From positions 5,354 to 69,353 of the forward strand of contig JAWLDF010000013.1 of NCBI GenBank assembly GCA_041686735.1: DNA of 64,000 bases. The letters run 5' to 3'. Every line of letters begins with the position of its first letter. Position 1 is the first letter of the stretch. The notes beneath the pieces are model-generated. The model had not been told where the DNA came from. It did not search any database and worked only from the letters and a program-made list of their open reading frames with translations. This DNA is from Bacilli bacterium. GTDB lineage: Bacteria; Bacillota; Bacilli; JACDOE01. The translations under genes and the position numbers were made by a program. Positions 54,567-64,000 of this stretch are shown here, in pieces.

Positions 54567-54657
54567 ATCTTCTGAACGTAAAAGAGAATGGGCAGGGAGG
54601 TCCTGCCGATGCGGGTAAGATAGAGACAGAGTGATTGACTGAAGGGATGGGAGAGCA

Positions 54658-55614
54658 TTGATTACCCGTAACACATGGAAAACCGGATTTAAAAACGGGC
54701 TGGAAACCAGCTGGACGCTGGGGAAAATTATTTTTCCGATTACGGTGATCGTTTCGATTATACAGTTTACACCGCTGATCGACTGGGTGATTCTTCTGTT
54801 CACCCCGCTGATGAAGATATTCGGATTGCCGGGTGAAGCGGCGATTGCACTGGTTCTTGGGAATATACTGAACTTATATGCGGCCATCGGAGCTATTTTA
54901 TCCATGGATTTGCAGGTAAAAGAAGTGTTTACACTGGCTGTCATGCTCAGTTTTTCTCACAACCTGCTGGTCGAGACTGTGGTTGCCCGTAAAATCGGGA
55001 TCAAAGCATGGGTTGTGGTGGCCGTTCGGCTTGGACTTGCCGGGATATCTGCAATATTCATCAATCTGATCTGGCAGGGCGGAACTGAAAAAGCGGTCTA
55101 CGGAATGATTCCGGAAAAACAGGCTGTACCCGACGGTATCTGGGAGATATTGTTTCAGTCCGTGGAAACGGCGGTCGTCGGAATCCTTCAATTGACGGTG
55201 ATCGTCATCCCGTTGATGATGGGGATTCAATTGTTGAAGGATATAGATGCCATCCGCTATTTGTCGAAAGGGATGGCGCCTTTTACCCGCATGCTCGGGG
55301 TATCTGCCAATACTTCCATCACCATCATGGCCGGATTGTTGTTCGGAATCGCTTTTGGTGCGGGTGTGATTATTCAAACCGCAAAAGAGCAAAATTTATC
55401 AAAAAGGGATCTCTATTTACTGTCCATTTTTTTAGTGGCGTGCCATGCCGTGGTGGAGGATACCCTGCTCTTTGTTCCGCTGGGCATCAATGTGCTGCCG
55501 TTGCTGCTGATACGTCTTGTGGTCGCCTTTTTGATTACCATGCTGACATCCAAAATATGGGATCGCTATGAATGGCGGTTGAAAACGGAAAAGGAAGGAC
55601 AAACAGTATCATGA
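54658..55614 (+). CDS. Nucleoside-recognition (gate) domain membrane protein, YvoD-like
   Basis: PLMKIFGLPGEAA, HNLLVE, CHAVVEDT; between lgt and ppaX as in B. subtilis. Confidence 0.85.
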   Translation: MITRNTWKTGFKNGLETSWTLGKIIFPITVIVSIIQFTPLIDWVILLFTPLMKIFGLPGEAAIALVLGNILNLYAAIGAILSMDLQVKEVFTLAVMLSFSHNLLVETVVARKIGIKAWVVVAVRLGLAGISAIFINLIWQGGTEKAVYGMIPEKQAVPDGIWEILFQSVETAVVGILQLTVIVIPLMMGIQLLKDIDAIRYLSKGMAPFTRMLGVSANTSITIMAGLLFGIAFGAGVIIQTAKEQNLSKRDLYLLSIFLVACHAVVEDTLLFVPLGINVLPLLLIRLVVAFLITMLTSKIWDRYEWRLKTEKEGQTVS

Positions 55615-56267
55615 GATATCAAACCGTATTATTTGATTTGGACGGGACCATCCTCGATACAAACGAATTGATTTTACAATCTTTTATGTATACACTGGAG
55701 CGGTTTTTTCCCGGGCAATATTCACGGGAAGATGTGATTCCTCACATGGGCGACACCCTTTATAATCAGATGGCACGTTTTTCCCAGGAAATGGCGGAAG
55801 AACTGGTGGATGTCTACCGCGAACATAATGAAAAAATTCATGATGAGTATGTACAACTCGTTCCCCATGTGATGGAAACCGTGCAGGAACTTGAAAATAT
55901 GGCTGTAAAAATGGGTGTGGTCACGACCAAACAACGGACAACGGCGGTCATGGGACTGAGACACTATGGACTGGAGCAGTATATGGGTACCATCATTACT
56001 TTTCAGGATGTAAAATATCACAAACCGCACCCGGAACCGGTGTTGAAAGCAATGGAAGATCTAGATGCAGATCCTGCGAAGACGGTGATGGTCGGAGACA
56101 GTTCGTATGATATCCGGGCGGCAAAGGAGGCCGGCATCGATGTAGCTGCCGTCAAGTGGAGTTTAAAAGGTGTGGATTATTTGAAAAAATATCAACCGAA
56201 CTATTTGATCGATGATATGAGGGACCTGCTGGATATTGTGAAGTATGGACAACACCATCAGGATTAA
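55611..56267 (+). CDS. ppaX: HAD pyrophosphatase PpaX
   Basis: LFDLDGT, KPHPEP, MVGDS; hprK operon synteny. Confidence 0.9.
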   Translation: MRYQTVLFDLDGTILDTNELILQSFMYTLERFFPGQYSREDVIPHMGDTLYNQMARFSQEMAEELVDVYREHNEKIHDEYVQLVPHVMETVQELENMAVKMGVVTTKQRTTAVMGLRHYGLEQYMGTIITFQDVKYHKPHPEPVLKAMEDLDADPAKTVMVGDSSYDIRAAKEAGIDVAAVKWSLKGVDYLKKYQPNYLIDDMRDLLDIVKYGQHHQD

Positions 56268-56308
56268 AAAGGATTGTTTTTTTAGGAAACGGGAAAGGTG
56301 AATGTCAA

Positions 56309-56830
56309 ATGCGAAAAACCACGCGTTACCCGGTCAAAGGGACAAATTCGTTATGGCAACTGTATAAGACGGTCAGCATGGCAAAAGTGATGAAAAATTT
56401 TATCGTGATCCAGCTGTCCCGTTATACGCCGTTCATCCCGCTCAAGAACTGGATGTATCGCACGTTTCTCCGCATGCATGTTGGAGAAAAAACGGCAGTA
56501 GCACTGATGGTCATGTTCGACATCATGTTCCCGGAGAAAATCCATATCGGTCGCAATTGTATTATCGGTTACAACACCACGATTCTGGCCCATGAATATT
56601 TAATCGATGAATATCGGCTGGGAGACGTACATATCGGTGACGAGGTAATGATCGGCGCCAACAGCACCATCCTTCCCGGTATCACCATCGGAGATCGCGC
56701 CGTGGTGGCAGCTGGTTCGGTTGTCAACCGGGATGTGCCGGCGGGTGCCTTTGTGGGCGGCAATCCGATTCGGATTATCCGCACGGCGGAGGAACAGGAA
56801 GAAATACAAAAAGAAGAGGGGGTCAACTAA
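56309..56830 (+). CDS. Hexapeptide-repeat acyltransferase, YvoF-like
   Basis: IGYNTTILAHE, IGANSTILPG, VPAGAFVGGNP. Confidence 0.9.
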   Translation: MRKTTRYPVKGTNSLWQLYKTVSMAKVMKNFIVIQLSRYTPFIPLKNWMYRTFLRMHVGEKTAVALMVMFDIMFPEKIHIGRNCIIGYNTTILAHEYLIDEYRLGDVHIGDEVMIGANSTILPGITIGDRAVVAAGSVVNRDVPAGAFVGGNPIRIIRTAEEQEEIQKEEGVN

Positions 56831-57153
56831 AGAGCCCCCTCTTTTTTGGCGAGATAGTCAAGAACATCATCGATTAAAAAATCATTTTCGATGGTCGCTT
56901 CCTCGATTTCGACGACTTTTCGATCTCTATAATAATTTACCTTCGAGAACGGGTCGTTTTCCACATATTCCACGGCTTTCTCTTTTGTCGGAGCGTCGAT
57001 GATCATCAGAGCGGTTCCGTCTGTACAGGGCCCGCAAAAGGGCAAGACGCCTTTCTTTTTGAGCGACTTTAAATATGCCGCGTGCGCAGTAATCAATTCT
57101 CTCGTCATAAGCTCTCTTTGTTTGCTTGAAAGATGGACAACGAATTTTTTCAT
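56827..57153 (-). CDS. YciI family protein
   Basis: AHAAYL, CGP, ENDPF motifs; GGAG RBS. Confidence 0.82.
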   Translation of the reverse strand: MKKFVVHLSSKQRELMTRELITAHAAYLKSLKKKGVLPFCGPCTDGTALMIIDAPTKEKAVEYVENDPFSKVNYYRDRKVVEIEEATIENDFLIDDVLDYLAKKEGAL

Positions 57154-57176
57154 AGAACTCCTCGCCTCCCCCCGGA

Positions 57177-57599
57177 TTATAAATGTTGATTCAATGATTG
57201 AATTGCTTTCATAATGTTGCTTAATTCACCATCAAGTGCATCGTTCAGATCGCTGTCAGCTTTTTGCAGACCCGACAATGCATCGGATAAAATTTGCTTA
57301 CCCTGATCGGTAAGATGAACTTCGATTGACCTCCTTTCTTTTCCCGGCATACGGTTGATAAAGCCGTCTCTTTCCATTCTTAAAAGCAAATTGCTCACGG
57401 TAGCCCGCTCCAGCTCCAGACTTTCCGCAATTTTTGTCAAACTGCAGGGACCGTTGTCTTTAATCACCTCCATCACATAAACGTAAGAAGTATTCAGTCC
57501 CATGGAATTTAAATATTGCTCATACCACCTTTGAACTTTTTTGCGAGCCAACCCTAACTGAAAAGCCAGACAATTGATGGTAACAGATTGATCTCTCAT
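57177..57599 (-). CDS. MarR family regulator
   Basis: IAESLELERATVSNLLLRMERDGFINR...RRSIEVHLTDQGK; start at ATG 57599 preferred over 57662. Confidence 0.88.
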   Translation of the reverse strand: MRDQSVTINCLAFQLGLARKKVQRWYEQYLNSMGLNTSYVYVMEVIKDNGPCSLTKIAESLELERATVSNLLLRMERDGFINRMPGKERRSIEVHLTDQGKQILSDALSGLQKADSDLNDALDGELSNIMKAIQSLNQHL

Positions 57600-57600
57600 A

Positions 57601-57635
57601 GTTAGTATACTAACATTTAGCATACTAACTGTAAA
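57601..57635 (-). promoter_or_regulatory. marR promoter overlapped by two palindromic operators
   Basis: Minus strand TTTACA-N17-TAGTAT; GTTAGTATACTAAC (57601-57614) and TTAGCATACTAA (57617-57628). Confidence 0.75.
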
Positions 57636-57712
57636 GCTATTTTTAATCTGAGTTGCTCTCATACGCTTTTTTATGATAAAAAGTTAGAAAAGCGTGAACA
57701 TTCACAGGCTAG

Positions 57713-57741
57713 TTGACGGATAAGTATGGGCATGATAGACT
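57713..57741 (+). promoter_or_regulatory. SigA promoter of his operon
   Basis: TTGACG-N17-TAGACT with TG extension. Confidence 0.7.
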
Positions 57742-57756
57742 ACACTCAATACACAT

Positions 57757-57784
57757 CACTTTAGTTTGGTAGCAGACTAAAGTG
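57757..57784. promoter_or_regulatory. Palindromic operator of his operon (HisR/YerC-type)
   Basis: CACTTTAGT-N10-ACTAAAGTG between promoter and hisZ. Confidence 0.65.
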
Positions 57785-57817
57785 CCCTGTTATCATGAAC
57801 GTTTAAATGAGGTGGAC

Positions 57818-59032
57818 ATGATGCCGAAGCCGCTGGGTTTTGAAAAACCGCTTGGCATGAGGGATATTTTACCTGACCTGCTTAAAAAACAAAGATATAT
57901 TGAATCAGAATTACGCAAATGTATTGAGCAGTGGGGTTATGAGGAAATCATGACGCCCACGCTTGAATATTACGATACTGTCGGCGGAGCCAGTGTTACT
58001 CTGGACGAAAAACTGTTCAAGCTCCTCGACCGACAGGGTAAAACGGTAATTTTGCGCCCCGATGTGACGGCGCCGATTGCACGTGTGGTGTCATCCCTGT
58101 TAAAAGGTGAGCCGCTGCCGCTGCGTCTATATTACCACGCCAATGTATTCCGCACCCAGGAAAAGGAGGCCGGACGCGATGCTGAATTTTTCCAGACCGG
58201 AGTTGAATATATCGGCGAACATGATGTCAGTGCCGATGCGGAAATGATTGCCCTTGCCGTTGCATCGTTGCAAGCGGCGGGACTGTCCAAATTTCAAATC
58301 GCCGTCGGACACATGGACTTTTTACATGGTTTACTGGAAGAAACTGTGACCGGCGAGGAGGAGCGGGAAGAGTTGATCCGCTACCTGGAAGAGTTTAATT
58401 TTGTCGGTTTTCGCCAGCTCGTCTCGGAATTGCCGATTACGGACAAAGACCGAAAACGGCTGCACGCCATTTCCCATCTGCGTGGCGGAGAGGAAAAATT
58501 AGATGACGCTTTTGCATTGACCACCAACGGCAGAGCGAGAAAAGCCGTGGAAAACCTGAAGGAATTGCTTGAAGCACTCAAAGCGTATCGGGTCATGGAT
58601 CATGTTATTTTTGATTTCAACCTGGTCAGCAACCTCGATTACTATACAGGAATTCTTTTTGAAGGTTATGCAGAGGACCTGGGTTTTCCCGTTTGTAGCG
58701 GGGGGCGGTATGATTCTCTGCTGGCCAAGTTCGGCCGTCCCGCGCCGGCCACCGGTTTTGCGCTCAAGCTGGACCGGCTGGTACAGGCCTCCTCGTTGCA
58801 GCCGCAACAGACGCAGGAACGAATTCTTGTTTGTTTTGATGCCGACCATAGAGAAGAAGGATTGCACCAGGCACATAGTCTGCGGCAACAACACAGAGAT
58901 GCGGTGGTGGTGACCCGCCTGATTCCGTCCGCACAAATGGAGCAACTGACGGAGATCGAACGGCAATATGACCGGGTTGTCCGCCTGTTTGCAAAAAACG
59001 AAACGGGAGCGGATGGAGGTGAGCGGGCATGA
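57818..59032 (+). CDS. hisZ: ATP phosphoribosyltransferase regulatory subunit
   Basis: [29 protein letters not shown]. Confidence 0.95.
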   Translation: MMPKPLGFEKPLGMRDILPDLLKKQRYIESELRKCIEQWGYEEIMTPTLEYYDTVGGASVTLDEKLFKLLDRQGKTVILRPDVTAPIARVVSSLLKGEPLPLRLYYHANVFRTQEKEAGRDAEFFQTGVEYIGEHDVSADAEMIALAVASLQAAGLSKFQIAVGHMDFLHGLLEETVTGEEEREELIRYLEEFNFVGFRQLVSELPITDKDRKRLHAISHLRGGEEKLDDAFALTTNGRARKAVENLKELLEALKAYRVMDHVIFDFNLVSNLDYYTGILFEGYAEDLGFPVCSGGRYDSLLAKFGRPAPATGFALKLDRLVQASSLQPQQTQERILVCFDADHREEGLHQAHSLRQQHRDAVVVTRLIPSAQMEQLTEIERQYDRVVRLFAKNETGADGGERA

Positions 59033-59679
59033 TCAAAGGGGAAAGTCTATATCTGACCATGGCCATGCCGAAGGGACGGATATTTGAAGAGGCGGCGGAT
59101 TTGCTGAGAAAAGCGGAACTTCCCCTGCCGCCGGAGTTTGAGGAATCGCGCAAACTGATTATCGACGTGCCGGAGGCAAACCTCCGTTTTATCCTGGCAA
59201 AGCCGGCCGATGTGCCCACCTATGTTGAGTACGGTGTGGCCGATCTGGGTGTGGTCGGAAAAGATGTGCTTGTAGAAGAAGAACGGGACGTTTATGAATT
59301 GCTCGATCTCAACATCAGCCGTTGTCACATGGCTGTTGCCGGACTTCCGGACTGGAAGCCGACGCATACGCCGCGGGTGGCAACCAAATATCCGCGTCTT
59401 GCTTCCCGTTATTTCCGGGAGCAGGGACATCAGGTGGAAGTCATCAAACTGAACGGTTCGATTGAACTGGCTCCGCTCATCGGACTGGCGGACCGTATCG
59501 TAGATATTGTATCCACAGGGAGAACGCTGAAGGAAAACGGTCTGGTGGAACTGGAGTACATCATGCCCATCACCTCCCGCCTGATCGCCAATCGTGCAAG
59601 TTATCGCATGAAAAGTGCGGCGATCGATCATATTTATCAGCGTTTCACTTCAGTGATCGATAAGGAGGGAGAGGCATGA
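59029..59679 (+). CDS. hisG: ATP phosphoribosyltransferase (short form)
   Basis: [28 protein letters not shown]. Confidence 0.96.
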   Translation: MIKGESLYLTMAMPKGRIFEEAADLLRKAELPLPPEFEESRKLIIDVPEANLRFILAKPADVPTYVEYGVADLGVVGKDVLVEEERDVYELLDLNISRCHMAVAGLPDWKPTHTPRVATKYPRLASRYFREQGHQVEVIKLNGSIELAPLIGLADRIVDIVSTGRTLKENGLVELEYIMPITSRLIANRASYRMKSAAIDHIYQRFTSVIDKEGEA

Positions 59680-60989
59680 TCAAACGTGTGAGTGCACAGG
59701 AATTGAATACGAAAAGAAACGTGGATCAGGGCACGGAAGAACAACGTCGCGCCGTACTTGAGATCCTCAATCGTGTCCGTCTCGAGGGGGATCGCGCCTT
59801 AATCGAATTCACGCAAAAATTTGACGGAGTCACGCCGGAACGGTTGATGGTTACGGATGAAGAAAGGGAGCAGGCAACAGGGAAGTTGGATCCTCAAGTG
59901 CTGGAAGCTCTCCGGGTAGCGGCTGAAAACATCCGCAAGTACCATGAAAAACAAAAGCGGACGTCATGGATCAGTACCGAAGATTCGGGTACGATTCTCG
60001 GACAGTTGATTCGTCCACTTCAGCGGGTGGGAATCTATGTACCCGGCGGAACGGCAGCGCTGGCTTCTTCTGTGTTGATGACAGCCATTCCGGCCCGCGT
60101 TGCCGGGGTGGAAGAAATCGTGATGGTCACCCCTCCGGGAAAAAACGGACAGGTGGCGGAAGGGGTTCTGGCTGCGGCGCAAATTGCCGGTGTGAATGAA
60201 GTTTATCAGGTGGGAGGAGCCCAGGCGATCGCCGCCCTCACCTATGGAACGGAAACGATTCGTCCGGTCGATAAAATCGTCGGTCCGGGAAACATCTACG
60301 TCGCTCTCGCCAAAAGAGAAGTGTTCGGCCTGGTGGATATCGACATGATCGCAGGCCCCAGTGAAATTGTGGTTCTGGCCGACCATACCGCTGCGCCCGC
60401 CTATGTTGCGGCGGATATGCTGTCTCAGGCAGAACATGATCCGATGGCATCAGCTGTACTGGTCACTCCGGATTCACGACTGGCCGAAGAGGTTCAGGCG
60501 GAACTGGTCAAGCAGCTTCACGTTCTACCGCGACGGGATATTGCCCGTGCTTCCCTTGAACAGTACGGTGCCATCTGTGTCGTCAAAGACATGGAGGAAG
60601 GATTTGATGTGGTGAACCGGCTCGCCCCGGAGCACCTTGAACTGATGATCGAACAACCGATGGAGCAGGCGGGTAAGGTGAAGAATGCCGGAGCCATTTT
60701 TATCGGCCCCTACAGTTCGGAGCCTGTCGGTGATTATTTTGCGGGACCCAACCACGTCCTTCCCACAAATGGAACGGCCCGTTTTTCATCCCCGCTCAAT
60801 GTGGATGATTTCGTGAAAAAATCGAGTTTAATTTATTATCATCGCGACGATCTCCATCAAAACGCCGCCAAAATAGCAGCCCTCGCCCGTCTCGAAGGGC
60901 TGGAGGCCCACGCCCGTGCGGTCGAGGCTCGCCTCGCGGCAGATAAGGATGTGCAAGTCGGTGAAGAGGGAGGAAAAATCGATGGATAA
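59676..60989 (+). CDS. hisD: Histidinol dehydrogenase
   Basis: [31 protein letters not shown]. Confidence 0.97.
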   Translation: MIKRVSAQELNTKRNVDQGTEEQRRAVLEILNRVRLEGDRALIEFTQKFDGVTPERLMVTDEEREQATGKLDPQVLEALRVAAENIRKYHEKQKRTSWISTEDSGTILGQLIRPLQRVGIYVPGGTAALASSVLMTAIPARVAGVEEIVMVTPPGKNGQVAEGVLAAAQIAGVNEVYQVGGAQAIAALTYGTETIRPVDKIVGPGNIYVALAKREVFGLVDIDMIAGPSEIVVLADHTAAPAYVAADMLSQAEHDPMASAVLVTPDSRLAEEVQAELVKQLHVLPRRDIARASLEQYGAICVVKDMEEGFDVVNRLAPEHLELMIEQPMEQAGKVKNAGAIFIGPYSSEPVGDYFAGPNHVLPTNGTARFSSPLNVDDFVKKSSLIYYHRDDLHQNAAKIAALARLEGLEAHARAVEARLAADKDVQVGEEGGKIDG

Positions 60990-61578
60990 TCAACAGCGTT
61001 CCGCAACGATAAAGAGAAAAACCAATGAAACGGACATTCAGTTAACATTTTCGATCGACGGGGAAGGAAACAGCCGTCTCGATACCGGAGTCCCCTTTTT
61101 ATCCCACATGCTGGACCTGTTTACCCGTCACGGACATTTCGATTTGGAAGTAAAAGCAATCGGTGATACGGAAATCGATGATCATCATACGGCGGAGGAT
61201 ATCGCCATCTGCCTCGGACAGGCACTGCGTGAAGCGCTCGGTGACAAAAAAGGAATCAGCCGTTACGGCGATGCACTGATCCCGATGGATGAGGCACTGG
61301 CCCAGGTCGTGATTGATCTCAGTAATCGTCCGCACCTGCAGTACCATGCCGATTTTCCGTCGCAGCGTGTAGGGACATTCGATGTGGAACTGGTGCATGA
61401 ATTTTTGTGGAAGCTGGCACTGGAGGCCCGTATGACCCTGCATGTGCGTGTGCTCGACGGTCAAAATACGCACCACATGATTGAAGCGGTGTTCAAAGCA
61501 CTGGGGCGCGCACTGGATAAAGCAACGATGATCGATCCCCGTGTCAAAGGGATTCCATCTACGAAGGGAATGCTATAG
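60982..61578 (+). CDS. hisB: Imidazoleglycerol-phosphate dehydratase
   Basis: RKTNET, IDDHHTAED, NTHHMIEAVFKA, PSTKG. Confidence 0.97.
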   Translation: MDNQQRSATIKRKTNETDIQLTFSIDGEGNSRLDTGVPFLSHMLDLFTRHGHFDLEVKAIGDTEIDDHHTAEDIAICLGQALREALGDKKGISRYGDALIPMDEALAQVVIDLSNRPHLQYHADFPSQRVGTFDVELVHEFLWKLALEARMTLHVRVLDGQNTHHMIEAVFKALGRALDKATMIDPRVKGIPSTKGML

Positions 61579-61581
61579 GAT

Positions 61582-62196
61582 ATGATCGGCATTATTGATT
61601 ATGGAATGGGAAATTTGCATAGTGTAAGTAAGGCGCTGGAGCGGCTCGGTCACTCCTACCGCATTATCGATCATCCCGGGGACCTTGCCGGTATGGACGG
61701 CGTGATTCTCCCCGGCGTCGGTGCCTTCGGCGATGCGATGAAAAATTTAACGGAGATGAACATGGTCGCTGCCATTCGGGATTATGCAGGGAGCGGAAGG
61801 CCGTTTCTCGGGATCTGTCTCGGAATGCAACTTTTATTTAATGAAAGTGAAGAACATGGGATTCATGAGGGACTGGGGATTCTGCCCGGACGCGTCGTTC
61901 GCTTTCGCGGCGATTACAAAATTCCCCACATGGGCTGGAACCGGCTTGAGTTTTTGCGGGACGTGCCGTTGTTTGAAGGTGTGAATGAAGGGCATGTCTA
62001 TTTTGTTCATTCTTATTTTGTTCAACCTTCCGATCGCGAAGTATTGTGGGCGGTGACCGATTATTATCAGGAAGTGGCTGCCGTGGTCGGACTGGACAAC
62101 GTTTGCGGTATGCAATTTCACCCGGAAAAAAGCGGTGAGGTCGGGATGAAACTGCTGGCTAATTTTGCAGCACAGTGCAGGAGGGAGACATCATGA
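61582..62196 (+). CDS. hisH: Imidazole glycerol phosphate synthase glutaminase subunit
   Basis: IDYGMGN, LPGVG, GICLGMQ, QFHPEKSG. Confidence 0.97.
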   Translation: MIGIIDYGMGNLHSVSKALERLGHSYRIIDHPGDLAGMDGVILPGVGAFGDAMKNLTEMNMVAAIRDYAGSGRPFLGICLGMQLLFNESEEHGIHEGLGILPGRVVRFRGDYKIPHMGWNRLEFLRDVPLFEGVNEGHVYFVHSYFVQPSDREVLWAVTDYYQEVAAVVGLDNVCGMQFHPEKSGEVGMKLLANFAAQCRRETS

Positions 62197-62912
62197 GTTT
62201 TACCGTATATCCGGCAATCGATATCCGCGGCGGAAAATGTGTCCGACTTTTACAGGGAGATTATAAGCAGGAGACAGTGTACGGCGATCCCCTGGAAATG
62301 GCGAAAAAATGGGAAAGTGAAGGGGCCCGGTGGCTCCATGTTGTTGACCTCGACGGTGCCAAGGAAGGAACGCAGGTCAATCGTGAATTGATTATAAAAA
62401 TGGCGCAGGCCGTCGGTATTCCGGTTCAGGTAGGCGGCGGACTGCGGACAATGGAAGCGGTCAGCGATTTATTGCAGGGAGGCGTTTCCCGTGTGATCAT
62501 CGGTACTGCTGCAATCAAGGATCGTGATTTTACGGAACGTGTACTGGCTCAGTATGGTGATCAAGTGGCGATTGGAATCGATGCCCGCAACGGCTATGTG
62601 GCCACCCACGGCTGGTTGGAAACGTCCGAGGTGAAGGCGGAAGAACTGGCCCGCGAACTGGCGGCAAAAGGTGCGGGTACATTTATCTATACGGATATTT
62701 CCCGTGACGGAACGTTGCAGGGCCCCAATGTGGAAGGTAATGTGAATCTGGCGCGGGAGGCCGGTGTGAATGTAATCGCTTCTGGTGGTGTCAGCAATCT
62801 GGACGATATTAAAAAACTGGCTTCTTTTTCAGGCGAAGGGATTTCCGGTGTGATCGTGGGAAAAGCGTTGTATACGGGGAATGTTTCGTTAAAAGATGCG
62901 CTGTCTTTGTGA
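62193..62912 (+). CDS. hisA: ProFAR isomerase
   Basis: YPAIDIRGGKCVRL, HVVDLDGA, YTDISRDGTL. Confidence 0.97.
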   Translation: MSFTVYPAIDIRGGKCVRLLQGDYKQETVYGDPLEMAKKWESEGARWLHVVDLDGAKEGTQVNRELIIKMAQAVGIPVQVGGGLRTMEAVSDLLQGGVSRVIIGTAAIKDRDFTERVLAQYGDQVAIGIDARNGYVATHGWLETSEVKAEELARELAAKGAGTFIYTDISRDGTLQGPNVEGNVNLAREAGVNVIASGGVSNLDDIKKLASFSGEGISGVIVGKALYTGNVSLKDALSL

Positions 62913-63027
62913 TCACAGGTAGTAAAGAGCTGATTTCGGCAGCAGGATGAAATTGGTTAAGCTCAATAAGAGGGTATCGATTAAACAATGGCAGACGGCA
63001 GACTGAGATATATAAGGAGGCGGCAAC

Positions 63028-63786
63028 GTGATAACGAAAAGGATTATCCCCTGTCTGGACGTAAAGGACGGACGTGTGGTTAAAGGGGTGCAGTTTGTTA
63101 ATCTGCGCGATGCCGGGGACCCGGTGGAACTGGCGGAGTTATATAGCCAGCAGGGAGCGGATGAACTGGTATTTCTCGATATTTCGGCGTCCCATGAAGG
63201 GCGTGCAACCATGGTTGAAGTCGTGGCGGAGACTGCGGCCCGGGTAACCATTCCCTTTACGGTGGGGGGCGGCGTTAATAGTGTGGAGGATATGCGCAGG
63301 CTATTGCTGGCCGGGGCTGACAAAATCTCCATGAATACAGCGGCGGTAAAAGATCCGGGGTTGATTTCCGCGGGTGCGAAAATTTTCGGGAGTCAATGTA
63401 TCGTAGTGGCCATTGATGTGAAGTACAACGCTGATAAGGGCGGATGGGAAGTTTTTACACATGGGGGAAGAAACGGGACGGGACTGGATGTGCTTGAATG
63501 GAGCAGGAGAGTGGAAGAACTGGGTGCCGGAGAGATCCTGTTGACCAGTATGGATACGGACGGAAAAAAAGATGGTTTTGATCTTCCGCTGACCCGGGCA
63601 GTTTCGGAAGGGGTCCGGATTCCGGTAATTGCCTCCGGTGGTGCTGGAAATAAGGAGCATTTTTATGATGCTTTTGTGGACGGAAAAGCGGATGCATCCC
63701 TGGCTGCCTCAATTTTTCACTATAAAGAGACATCGGTAGAGGAAGTAAAATCGTATTTAAAAGAAAGAGGACTCAACATTCGCTGA
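63028..63786 (+). CDS. hisF: Imidazole glycerol phosphate synthase cyclase subunit
   Basis: [33 protein letters not shown]. Confidence 0.97.
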   Translation: MITKRIIPCLDVKDGRVVKGVQFVNLRDAGDPVELAELYSQQGADELVFLDISASHEGRATMVEVVAETAARVTIPFTVGGGVNSVEDMRRLLLAGADKISMNTAAVKDPGLISAGAKIFGSQCIVVAIDVKYNADKGGWEVFTHGGRNGTGLDVLEWSRRVEELGAGEILLTSMDTDGKKDGFDLPLTRAVSEGVRIPVIASGGAGNKEHFYDAFVDGKADASLAASIFHYKETSVEEVKSYLKERGLNIR

Positions 63787-63859
63787 TCGATTGGTGTGGA
63801 CAAAGATTTGGATCATGCCCTTTTTCAGGTAAAACGGGCAATAAAAGAGGTGTATGGGG

Positions 63860-64000
63860 ATGGACAAAATTCAGTTGGATCAAATTGCATTTAACAAATA
63901 TGAGGACGGACTTGTGCCGGCGATCGTTCAGGATGCCCAGAGTAAAGAGGTTTTGATGCTGGCCTATATGAACCAGGAATCTCTTGAGAAAACGCTAAAA
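63860..64000 (+). CDS. hisI: Phosphoribosyl-AMP cyclohydrolase (HisI/HisIE), 3' truncated
   Basis: [47 protein letters not shown]; GAGGTG RBS; not in ORF track. Confidence 0.92.
   Translation, partial: MDKIQLDQIAFNKYEDGLVPAIVQDAQSKEVLMLAYMNQESLEKTLK

Noticed and set aside
16901-63733. Many antisense and alternative-frame ORFs over secA, tkt, arg, uvr and his genes (e.g. 47926..48981, 30115..30933)
   Set aside because: Shadow ORFs of well-supported genes with no recognisable motifs

Overview
64 kb of chromosome from a spore-forming Bacillales/Paenibacillaceae-like bacterium, with almost all genes on the + strand. Order: 3' end of flagellin, fliD-fliS, then an AT-rich flagellin-glycosylation island (maf, pseB/C/G/H/I, an SpsF-type cytidylyltransferase and three extra tailoring enzymes), a displaced flaG, a cluster of DnaA boxes, an amino-acid ABC SBP+permease, csp, hpf, secA, frameshifted prfB, yitT-like, tkt, cccB, an arginine operon lacking argJ, three tRNAs, a D-cysteine desulfhydrase-like gene, argG-argH, ppiB, a Spo0E-like gene, pncB, ftsEX-M23-ctpB-minJ, uvrBA, hprK-lgt-yvoD-ppaX-yvoF, a minus-strand marR-yciI pair and the his operon (truncated in hisI). 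The most unusual signals: (1) four copies of a ~50-nt structured repeat, arranged as two inverted left/right pairs around unrelated spacers (REPIN-like); (2) a branched hairpin element downstream of tRNA-Ser, bounded by a 13-bp duplication of the tRNA 3' end and an antisense T-arm copy; both (1) and (2) use GNA triloops and G.A mismatches; (3) a dense DnaA-box array with no dnaA gene nearby; (4) a gene set suggesting an extra amination of pseudaminic acid. All calls are by eye from sequence and motifs; no searches or folding programs were run.
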